In this document: in pieces, positions 29,771 to 37,998 of the stretch
How the letters are laid out: every line of letters starts with the position of its first letter
How positions within the stretch are numbered: the stretch's first letter is position 1
Assembly: GCA_963674735.2 (NCBI GenBank)
Contig: CAXXQS010000002.1
Span: 1,504,001-1,568,000 of the forward strand
Direction: 5' to 3'
DNA: 64,000 nt
From: Myxococcota bacterium
Lineage (GTDB): Bacteria; Myxococcota_A; SURF-8
Translations under genes and position numbers: made by a program
The notes under the pieces: model-generated
What the model was told of the DNA's origin: nothing
Database searches by the model: none
Seen by the model: the letters and a program-made list of their open reading frames with translations, nothing else

Positions 29771-30000
29771 CCGAGTTCGGCAACGCGAAAGGCGAAAGCG
29801 AGCTTGGAATTGACGCTACACACGTTCACCACAAGTGGTATATGTAGAGTCCGATCGACCTTACACGTTCCCCACACGTGCGGTATACCCTCTGATCGAT
29901 TTACGTTGCACGAACGTTGCACGAACGGTACACCCCTTTTCCGGTTTTTCCTTGCACAAGCATTGCACATGTTCACCACACCCCATCCTTGACTATATCC
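29771..30000. repeat. Degenerate direct repeats and hairpin next to rep (candidate origin)
   Basis: ACACGTTC..CCACA..GGTATA..GATCGA units at ~29819 and ~29863; tandem CGTTGCACGAA x2; GTTCACCACA x2; hairpin CCGAGTTCG/CGAGCTTGG. Confidence 0.5.
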
Positions 30001-30039
30001 CAGCAAATATCTGTAATCATTGGTATATTCACGATATTG

Positions 30040-30741
30040 TCATTCCTGGCCGATCAGTCGTCCCGTTCCCCAGGCGATCAGAAGTTTTCGGTGTTTGATC
30101 GCCATGATTATTTCATTCAATTTCCGAAGGGAATCGGGGGTCGGCTCCGTGGGTGTCGGACACCATGTTTCTTTCTTCGTGATGTAATCCGCCAGTTGTT
30201 TTAATCTTCGAAGGTCGACCTGGGGATCGGTGTGGTATTCGAATCGACCTGTCCAGTTCGTCCCCGAAATCCGTGTATACTTCCCCCATGACTCTTTCAA
30301 GAAATCCGTATCGATTCCCTGATCGTCCAGGATCAGATGTGCATGTACGAGCCAAAATCCCGTCGTTTCATCATACTTCACTTCCAGGGCCGATACTCCA
30401 CCTGGGACGTGGGACTTGAACTCGACACGATGACGGATCTTCAACAATGAATCTCGGAACAGGGTGATCGCCCTCGCCAAGTCATACATCTTCGAAACGG
30501 AAACGAGGAAGGCGACCGAGTTGTCGAACTGTCTTATCGCCATCTGAACGTGGGCCGAGTTCCTTTCCGCGATGATTCCAGCACAGGTTGGACACATTCT
30601 TTGTTTACACAGCGTCGTGTGAGGATATCCGAGATAAAAGTTTTTCGTTCCACAGTTCAGGATTCTTCCGGCCAATTCCCTATAACCGAGTTCTTCCAGT
30701 TCTTTCGATCTTGCCTCTTGCAGGTCTGGATTGAATATCAT
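30040..30741 (-). CDS. rep: Rolling-circle replication initiator (Rep_1-like HUH endonuclease)
   Basis: CKQRMCPTC Zn motif, GGVSALEV, HUH VHAHLIL, catalytic YITK. Confidence 0.75.
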   Translation of the reverse strand: MIFNPDLQEARSKELEELGYRELAGRILNCGTKNFYLGYPHTTLCKQRMCPTCAGIIAERNSAHVQMAIRQFDNSVAFLVSVSKMYDLARAITLFRDSLLKIRHRVEFKSHVPGGVSALEVKYDETTGFWLVHAHLILDDQGIDTDFLKESWGKYTRISGTNWTGRFEYHTDPQVDLRRLKQLADYITKKETWCPTPTEPTPDSLRKLNEIIMAIKHRKLLIAWGTGRLIGQE

Positions 30742-30797
30742 GTCAGGAACTTTCTTTTTATGGTGGTCAATGATCTAAGGGTGAACGAGATCCGATC

Positions 30798-31001
30798 CTA
30801 CTCGGAGTCGGAGTCTTCCGCGTTCTGTGGCATGACATGTCGTTGTTTGATCCAGTCTTCGAGTTCTTCCAGATCGAAACGAACGGTTCGACTGTTCAAT
30901 CGGTAGTGGGGAATCTGTTTCTTACAGACCATAGAATACAGGGTAGGCTTTTTGAATCCGAAGATTTGGGTCACTTCGTCATAGGTCGCATATTTCTTCA
31001 T
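30798..31001 (-). CDS. AlpA/excisionase-like HTH protein
   Basis: EVTQIFGFKKPTLYSMV...IPHYRL...VRFDLEELEDWI; AAAGGAG SD. Confidence 0.85.
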   Translation of the reverse strand: MKKYATYDEVTQIFGFKKPTLYSMVCKKQIPHYRLNSRTVRFDLEELEDWIKQRHVMPQNAEDSDSE

Positions 31002-31097
31002 GGGATCTCCTTTCCACGTGATGGCTGGACAAGGTCCAGAAAACTAATCGTGTTAGGAGTAGATCATGAAGGAGAGGATTACAGGAGGGTCACTGAA

Positions 31098-32330
31098 TCA
31101 CCATTTACTTCTTTTATTGCGTTTCTTACGACATTTCTCTGAACATATTGTGGACGGACTGGCACTGTCGGGATCATTAGATCTCTGAAAAACGGGGGTT
31201 CCACATACCTGGCATAGAGTGGGAATTTGAGGATCGGTGAATCGAGGAACATAATTGAACTTTCCACCGAATTCGTTCGGGTCATCTTTTGAAGGCCAAC
31301 GAGTGACAGGATCTTGTTTATCCAATAAATCAGCCAGGGTCAATTTGCCTTCCTTGTAAAGTCTCCGAATTCTTTCTTCTTCAGGATACTCAAACCCAGG
31401 ATCCGATTCATCCTTCATAAGCCAGTTCCAGAGACGAGCTATATTCTCGATGAAGTTATGGAACAATCTGTATCTTTGGGCCTCCCATCGGCCTGTGATT
31501 TTACCAAATAGGATCAGTTCGATCCTGGTTGGATCTCCAGAACGGACCACCATATCAGAAAGGATCAAGCTCCTTTCCTCTTCTTCGGTCAACCCTCTTA
31601 CTTGGGCATATAGATGGAAACAGTCGAGAACCAGTGGGATCAATCGAGATGCCACACCTGCGGCTATGTCCATGTCCTTCGATCCATCGACTATGGGTGA
31701 TCTGCGATCACGAAGAGACAATTCCCGGATCTGTGATCGCAGCGAAGCCCTAAGATAGTGATCTCGGATAAACTCCTTTTTCGGTATGTATGGCTCATAC
31801 CCTGTGTGTAAATTGTCTTTGAAGTCGATTTCGTGATCGGACACCACTGGTTCGAAAGGATGTTCACCTTCTTCTAGTTTCGACCTCGTTCCATCGATTG
31901 ACTTTTTCAATCCACAGTACGCCAAGAACTCTCTTACGATTACACTTCCGGCATCGACGATGGATCCTCGTTCGTCTTTCATCGATATTTTCGGGTTGGA
32001 TGGAATCCTCGGATCTTTCCGTTTAGGACCGGACCGAACGTAATCACCCAAGTATTCGCAATCCGACTCCCACACTTCGTCTTCGGACATATCATCGGTC
32101 AGACGGGAAAGACTTTCCCTTTTTCGTTTCGTGTATTCCGCCCTCAAACGAGGATCGGTCAAATCTTCATCTTCCGGTCCCCAATCGAGGTCTTCGGAAG
32201 GTTCGTCACATAACTCGGAAGGGTTTTCCTTATTAGGTTTCTTTGGATTCATCGCCATCTTTTCTTCGGTGCATTCGGGTGCAACAACATGGGCAAGTCT
32301 ATCGAAATGAGACAAACTTGACAAGAACAA
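31098..32330 (-). CDS. Hypothetical protein with C-terminal CxxC...CSxxC zinc finger (start probably ~32258)
   Basis: Long ORF; acidic N-terminus; CQVCG...CSEKCRKKR. Confidence 0.65.
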   Translation of the reverse strand: MFLSSLSHFDRLAHVVAPECTEEKMAMNPKKPNKENPSELCDEPSEDLDWGPEDEDLTDPRLRAEYTKRKRESLSRLTDDMSEDEVWESDCEYLGDYVRSGPKRKDPRIPSNPKISMKDERGSIVDAGSVIVREFLAYCGLKKSIDGTRSKLEEGEHPFEPVVSDHEIDFKDNLHTGYEPYIPKKEFIRDHYLRASLRSQIRELSLRDRRSPIVDGSKDMDIAAGVASRLIPLVLDCFHLYAQVRGLTEEEERSLILSDMVVRSGDPTRIELILFGKITGRWEAQRYRLFHNFIENIARLWNWLMKDESDPGFEYPEEERIRRLYKEGKLTLADLLDKQDPVTRWPSKDDPNEFGGKFNYVPRFTDPQIPTLCQVCGTPVFQRSNDPDSASPSTICSEKCRKKRNKRSKW

Positions 32331-32390
32331 CGAAATGGATTAATCAAAGAAGAACAAGGAACTTTGAAATAATCAAGATTCCAGGGAGAC

Positions 32391-32435
32391 TTCGTAATCA
32401 GCAGGTCAGGAGTTCGAATCTCCTCGTTGGCTCCA
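32391..32435 (+). repeat. att core, right copy (tRNA-Thr 3' fragment)
   Basis: Identical to 18855-18899; lacks the tRNA 5' half. Confidence 0.95.
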
Positions 32436-32443
32436 GTAATTAC

Positions 32444-32477
32444 AGCCACTTAGAAATATTCTAGGTGGCTTTTTTTG
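32444..32477 (+). terminator. Terminator after attR
   Basis: AGCCACTTAGA-AATAT-TCTAGGTGGCT followed by a T-run. Confidence 0.75.
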
Positions 32478-32554
32478 TGCCTCGTTGACAAATATTGACA
32501 AAGTTGCAGGGGGATTCTTTTAACAACGATCTGCGTAAGAGGCATCATGGATCA

Positions 32555-33187
32555 CTACTTTGAGAGGACTTTTGAATTCTCAACATTCGAAGATCGGGAT
32601 TTGAATAATCTTTTAGAAATCTTATAGACCAAGATTGAAATACCTGCCGCAATTCCAAAAGACAATGAAAGCATCAAGAGGTCTGAACCAAACCTAAGCC
32701 TAAAAACCTTATCAACCAAAATCACTATCAATATAGAAGCTGGAATATAAGAAACAAGACCTGCGATAAAATAAGATGATCCAGATTTGCGGGCTATGAT
32801 GGTAGCCAACCATATGCCGAGAGTAAAAAGGCATACGCCAATGACACCCCACATGATATAGGATACGACTGTTACTTTATTTGTAAAGAATACAATAAAA
32901 GATATGTTTATACCAATGATTATTACAGCAACTATACTTCCAATACTCCATTTGTTACGAACCGTAATGATAATCAAAGCTAAGCCAATAGGTGGCATGA
33001 CCAACATCAATACAAAAGGAAGGTCGTGGAAAGCTAGTAGCGTAACAATAGTGCCAATCAAGACTACGGAAAATACAAAGCCTACCATTCTCTTTGAAAG
33101 TTTCACATAGGGATCGGAGTCAAAACCAAGCTCGTTTTCCTTATCACTGTGGTTTGCATCTATTTTTTCTGTCATCGCCCCCCCCAC
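32555..33187 (-). CDS. Multi-pass membrane hypothetical protein
   Basis: About six hydrophobic segments; AT-rich. Confidence 0.6.
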   Translation of the reverse strand: MGGAMTEKIDANHSDKENELGFDSDPYVKLSKRMVGFVFSVVLIGTIVTLLAFHDLPFVLMLVMPPIGLALIIITVRNKWSIGSIVAVIIIGINISFIVFFTNKVTVVSYIMWGVIGVCLFTLGIWLATIIARKSGSSYFIAGLVSYIPASILIVILVDKVFRLRFGSDLLMLSLSFGIAAGISILVYKISKRLFKSRSSNVENSKVLSK

Positions 33188-33880
33188 TTAGTCTCTACGA
33201 ACGCACGGAGAGCAGCCATTGTGGTTGCTACCCCACTTAGCTTCGTTCTTTCGCTCTGCTTCATAAAACGCTTCGTGCATATCACTAGCCCGAATTTCAT
33301 ATGTCATATTAAAAAGTAAGGCAGCCGGCCAAATACCACGGAGGTGCTCACAATTGCAATGATAAGTTCGAAGTGCGTTCATGGCACGTCTCGTCTCTTC
33401 TTTAGCTGCCATCTCTTCCCTGATTCGTATAATTTCCTTTTTCAGTTCTATTTCCCTTTGTTCCGCTTTTTGTGCGGCTTGGAGTTGTCTTTCAGAATTT
33501 TTGTGAGATTCATGTATCATCAAACCGGAACCAATAACCAGAACGCATAGAATTGCTGCTGTAGCCTTGTATATTGGGTTGATCATGAACAAACCGGTTA
33601 CGGGCATCGCGAAACCGAATGTGGCATAGGTTACCCAACGAGTAAATAAGGCCGATTCAGTGATCTTTGGTTGAACTTTAAGAGTCCAGACTCTTCCTAG
33701 TAAAACCAGTATTCCGAAAACAATCGCAATGCAAATAGCACCGAATATTAGAATAAGCTCGACCGTATGATCTCTAGTAAATACAGCTAGAATTATAGAT
33801 GCAAAGCAAATCAGGCAGGTCACCCCAATCAACATGGGGGCAAAAGCAAAACCGAATTTCCTTGATCTTTCAGTGTCCAT
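33188..33880 (-). CDS. Membrane protein with coiled coil and Cys-containing C-terminus
   Basis: Four TMs, coiled coil, CNC...CSPC. Confidence 0.6.
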   Translation of the reverse strand: MDTERSRKFGFAFAPMLIGVTCLICFASIILAVFTRDHTVELILIFGAICIAIVFGILVLLGRVWTLKVQPKITESALFTRWVTYATFGFAMPVTGLFMINPIYKATAAILCVLVIGSGLMIHESHKNSERQLQAAQKAEQREIELKKEIIRIREEMAAKEETRRAMNALRTYHCNCEHLRGIWPAALLFNMTYEIRASDMHEAFYEAERKNEAKWGSNHNGCSPCVRRD

Positions 33881-34277
33881 TTCTTTCCATTGCGAATTTA
33901 GGTATGATGTGCATTTGTAAACTTCATGGATTGTTCAGATACTAGCTAATGGCAGATTATTTTTCAAGGTATTTGTGTTATCTTCATCACCTACAGATCA
34001 CCATTCCCCATCCTTTTACATAACCCGAGTACCGACCGGGCGAATTCAGTCACGGCGGGATCTTCGTGGGAGATGAAAGCAACGAAATAAACAGAAGTCC
34101 TAAAACAACAAATGATGTTGAATTTTCCATTTTACCTCTAATCAAAAAACAAAGATAACCGTGTTTGTGACAGCCTCACCACTCTACCATAGCCTGCCAA
34201 CAATCTTTTTGGTTTACAAGATACATTCAACTTTGTCTTGATTAGCGCAGTATAATAGGTGTTGCCTAGCCAATGGC

Positions 34278-35489
34278 TCATTTTTCCAACCGAGTAAACG
34301 GGTTCCCACCCATCAGGTAGACATACGTGGTCGCCCAGTTGGCCAGAACGGCCACCACGCCGAACAGCACCGTACCGAGACTCATCAAGGCCCAGCCGCT
34401 CATGATGTTGCCCACCACGCACCCTTTGGCCAGTGCCGCGCCCGTGCCGACCAGGAAACCGCCAAGCAAGGCAATCAGCACCTGATCGGGTGGTTTGGGC
34501 AGAAGTTTTGCTTGTCCGGACAAACGCGCTGAAGTATGTGAACCCAGTACAAGCGCCGCCACTGATAGCACTAGCCACCAGACCACCTTTTTCTGTGGTT
34601 TGGGAGATGTTGGCTTGGCATCCGATACCACCGGTTTGGAATCGGGTTTCTCGTAAACATGTTGGATGGCGGAGTCTGTGACCAGCACCTGCGTGAACAG
34701 CACGCCGTGGGTGACGCCGAGCGGATAGTTGCGTCCGCTGGCTGCGGACGACAGATAGGCGACAATGGCGAGCAAGCCGATGGCCATCCCCGCCTGCCAG
34801 GGTTTCCATGGATGGGTCAACCAGCCGCGCATCCCTTTTGCTACTCTCTGTTGAGGTTTAGCGTCGGCGTGCTTTCGGTTTCGTAAGACAAGAACGATGA
34901 TCGTCGCCACGGCGAAAAAGATTGCCAGCGTCCAGTAAGAGACACCGAGAAGAGCGAAAAGGCTCAGTGGGCCGCCGTCCGGCGCGGTCGTTGTCACGGA
35001 TTTCATGCCGTTGTAGATTCCCTTCAGCGGGCCGTACTCCACCAGTGAGACGCCCAACGGAATACCGACCAGCGCCACGATGGAGTTTAGATTGCCCGCT
35101 CCCGCTTTGTACAGGCAACCCGACACGCAGCCGCCTGCCAGCACCATGCCGACGCCGAAGATGGCACCGCCGATCAGGTAGTTCAGCCACCACATCGGCT
35201 TGACGGCAAGGCTGATGAGATCCAGCCCGTTCAGCAAGGCGAAGCCGAGCATGGAGACGACGATCACCGTCCAAATGCCGAAGATCTTGGACCAGGACTT
35301 CATCAGCAGCACTTCGCTGAAGGCGCTTGAGCCGCACAGGTCGCCTTTTTGCAAAAAGAACCCGAACAGAAAGCCAACCGGCAAGGCGGTCAGTACCCAG
35401 AGCTTGGTTACAAACGCCGTCGCCAGCGTGGCGACGAGAAACAGAAAGCCAAAAAGCGCCCATCCCTTCCATGAATGATTATTGGACAT
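34278..35489 (-). CDS. YeeE/YedE family thiosulfate-type transporter
   Basis: GFLFGFFLQKGDLC, GGAIFGVGMVLAGGCVSG, GAALAKGCVVG; GAGGTG SD before MSNN. Confidence 0.88.
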   Translation of the reverse strand: MSNNHSWKGWALFGFLFLVATLATAFVTKLWVLTALPVGFLFGFFLQKGDLCGSSAFSEVLLMKSWSKIFGIWTVIVVSMLGFALLNGLDLISLAVKPMWWLNYLIGGAIFGVGMVLAGGCVSGCLYKAGAGNLNSIVALVGIPLGVSLVEYGPLKGIYNGMKSVTTTAPDGGPLSLFALLGVSYWTLAIFFAVATIIVLVLRNRKHADAKPQQRVAKGMRGWLTHPWKPWQAGMAIGLLAIVAYLSSAASGRNYPLGVTHGVLFTQVLVTDSAIQHVYEKPDSKPVVSDAKPTSPKPQKKVVWWLVLSVAALVLGSHTSARLSGQAKLLPKPPDQVLIALLGGFLVGTGAALAKGCVVGNIMSGWALMSLGTVLFGVVAVLANWATTYVYLMGGNPFTRLEK

Positions 35490-35518
35490 TCGACACCTCT
35501 TTGGTTTGGTCACTCATC

Positions 35519-35596
35519 TCACGATCCTTCCTTGCAGGTTTGCGCGTGTTTCAGTTGCGGCCAGTATTTGCGTCCCAGCCACAAGGTAACGTTCAT
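35519..35596 (-). pseudogene. acr3 3'-end remnant
   Basis: Translates [24 protein letters not shown] versus [24 protein letters not shown] at the end of acr3 (12364-12441). Confidence 0.85.
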
Positions 35597-36200
35597 TCCC
35601 GATATAATCAAATGCTACTTGCCGCCGCCGAGGTGGGGGCAATACCACTCTTCGCTTTTCCCTAAGGATATCAACGAAATTACCTCATAGATCATTGCAT
35701 AGCTGCGCCGTGACCCATCGACGCGACACATTTGCACCCGAGCTTCGCACCAGGCGGGCAGGCGTCCGGTGACCGATGGTTACTGCTCGATGATCACGCG
35801 GTCGTAATAGGTGTAGTATGGGGTGATATAACAGAAAACTCAGAGTCGTTTTGGGGGGCAGGTCAGCTGTCAAAAATAATCAAGTAATATCAGACTAGAT
35901 CGACTTCCTTAGATCTGCAATATTCCACACACAATCCCTCAGTTTATTCGAAGAATATCAGCGAAACTTCCTAATAGATTATATATCGAATAAAAAGCTA
36001 TAGTTATGTTGGGAGATAGGTGGAGAACCTTTACACCAAATTGCTCAAACAGCTGAGCCAAAGTAAATATTATATGAGTTTTCTTTCATTTGAAGTAGCA
36101 ATGGTCGGGTTTAGCATTCTGGCACTGTTGGTTTTTCGGCCTCATATTCTCAACCGGTATGAACGCGACTTGGTGTTCAGTATACGATAGGAGAGTAAAA

Positions 36201-36407
36201 ATGATCAGAATAAATTGGTCTCTCGTAGCCATTTTAATCCTGCTATGGGGAGTTGGGATGGCCACCGATGTAACTTTTGGCGGCGGACTCCACCTAGTTG
36301 GTGTTGCCGCGATTGTGTTTACAATCATGTTGCTCCTCAGTGGGCGCTCAACGAACTCGGATTCCAAAGCAGCAAAAGCAGCCCGAGACAAAGCCTTTAG
36401 AAGATAG
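36201..36407 (+). CDS. Small membrane protein (lmo0937/DUF5670-like)
   Basis: WSLVAILILLWGVG..TFGGGLHLV pattern; AGGAG SD. Confidence 0.6.
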   Translation: MIRINWSLVAILILLWGVGMATDVTFGGGLHLVGVAAIVFTIMLLLSGRSTNSDSKAAKAARDKAFRR

Positions 36408-36510
36408 TGAGAATTGAAAACCAAGCTGATGCGCTTTGGTAGAGAGACAAGTAATGATTATTTGTAAACGGCACATCTTCAGCGAAACTGGGAAAGAATG
36501 AGGTGTTTTC

Positions 36511-36745
36511 CTAAGGGAGATCTTGATCCGTTTGAGTTGCGTTACGGTCCCGGTGATTTCGGTTCATGATCTTTCGGTTTTCAAAGGTTCTGCGTCTCAA
36601 TTCGGCTCGTGTTCGTAATATCTCCACCTTCCTGCCGAAGTATATGTCATCCGGCGTGACACGTGACGTTGCCAAGCGCTTCGTGGTAGCGGCGGCTGTT
36701 GTGCCAATCCACGAAGGCCCGGATCTCGTCCTGGATCTGGATCGG
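36511..36745 (-). pseudogene. IS3/IS481-type transposase C-terminal remnant
   Basis: FVDWHNSRRYHEALGNVT / PDDIYFGR, split by a 7-bp GTCACG-containing duplication near 36655-36668. Confidence 0.75.
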
Positions 36746-36975
36746 CATCTCGTGGACGTTGAGGTTGTCGGATGACGTACATCCTGCCATTATACAAATG
36801 ATCGACATGGCGAAAAGCGCTGTGAGATGAAACATATTCCTTACGCTCGGATAACGAGGTTTTCTAAGGCTGGTATCGGGAATCCCATCTACGCATTAAC
36901 CCCGTGTCCAGCTTTCGCAGACGGCAAGTATAACTCGGTGCTTATGGTATAGGGACACGCGAAGAGCGGAACCGA

Positions 36976-37779
36976 TCACAAATACTGCTTCCTCTCTTCG
37001 CCCCGAACGTAGGCGTAAAGTCCGATATACTGTCTTAAAGGACTGGAATTGATCTTGGCCATCAGAACTTCCTCAACCTGGAAAAGACCTACTGAGCTGT
37101 TCATCTCGACATTGATTCTCAAAGGCCGTTTCTCGCCCGGCTGAAAGGAAACCCGGTCGATGGCGTCGGCGGAGTATTTGTGGATGTCACCCACGCGCGA
37201 TTCCTTGTTGAACAGCATTGGAATGCGGGCCCGGCCTTTCTCCATGTCGCAGCCGTCTCCCACCAGCAAAACCCCTGCTTCCAGTGAAAAAACCGGGTTG
37301 GTGGCCATGTGGCCGCTTATGCACTCCAGAACCAGCGAGCGCAGAATCACCTGCATCTTCCGGTCGCCTGCATAGATCTTCGAAAGAATCCGCTCGATAA
37401 TCGGCATGCTTAAGAAAATACCTGAATTCTCGTGTCCGGACCGGGAGACAGTCATTCCAATGTCGTGAAGAAAGGCCGCCATGATCACGGCTATGGTCGA
37501 ATCCTCGAAAGTCCCGATTCCTTCCGTCTGTAGGTTCAGTGCGATGCCCTGATCATTGAGAATGTTCATGATTTCGATGCAGTTTTTCGCTACGGTGCGC
37601 ATGTGCACCGGGCCGTGGTCGTTGTATCCAAGGCGTTTGATGGAAACCGTGTTAGCGTAGTCCTGCAGATGCTGGATTTCCTCGTCGCCGATCAGCAGTT
37701 CCAGCGTCAGCCGAGCTTTTCCAACAAGCCTGTTGAGCAGTTTCTTTTCCAGGGAGATCTGTTTACCGGATTTCTTCAT
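36976..37779 (-). CDS. HD-domain phosphohydrolase
   Basis: RLGYNDHGPVH, FLHDIG, GDGCDMEKGRARIP, DIH. Confidence 0.85.
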   Translation of the reverse strand: MKKSGKQISLEKKLLNRLVGKARLTLELLIGDEEIQHLQDYANTVSIKRLGYNDHGPVHMRTVAKNCIEIMNILNDQGIALNLQTEGIGTFEDSTIAVIMAAFLHDIGMTVSRSGHENSGIFLSMPIIERILSKIYAGDRKMQVILRSLVLECISGHMATNPVFSLEAGVLLVGDGCDMEKGRARIPMLFNKESRVGDIHKYSADAIDRVSFQPGEKRPLRINVEMNSSVGLFQVEEVLMAKINSSPLRQYIGLYAYVRGEERKQYL

Positions 37780-37998
37780 ATATCACTGTTCCTCGATAGA
37801 GAATGTGAGCGTAGATAAACCGACATCACTGTACACGCCTTACAAACAATTTTCCAATGATTGGATCTCCTTTCCAGGACGGCAAGTTGGTCCGTACCGG
37901 ATGCACAACCCGCCGCAGAAACGCCGTTTACACTCAAACCCAAATTCAGGGCGTGCGGCTCTGTTTGGTGTGGAGGGGTGGATCAAGTCCGTCCCAAC

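Larger units (their letters stand above)
18855..32435. mobile_element. Integrative element in tRNA-Thr(CGT), ~13.5 kb
   Basis: Exact 45-bp direct repeat of the tRNA 3' half at both ends; integrase next to attL; Rep and AlpA/Xis near attR. Confidence 0.93.

Noticed and set aside
29800-30000. CRISPR array
   Set aside because: Repeats are few, degenerate and adjacent, without unique spacers; no cas genes
32391-32435. Second tRNA-Thr gene
   Set aside because: Only positions 32-76 are present; it is the att duplication
18855-32435. Prophage or conjugative ICE
   Set aside because: No terminase, capsid, tail, lysis, T4SS or coupling-protein genes recognised
32500-34140. Integron cassettes (AT-rich orphan genes)
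   Set aside because: No convincing attC inverted cores, and the integrase shows no IntI-specific features
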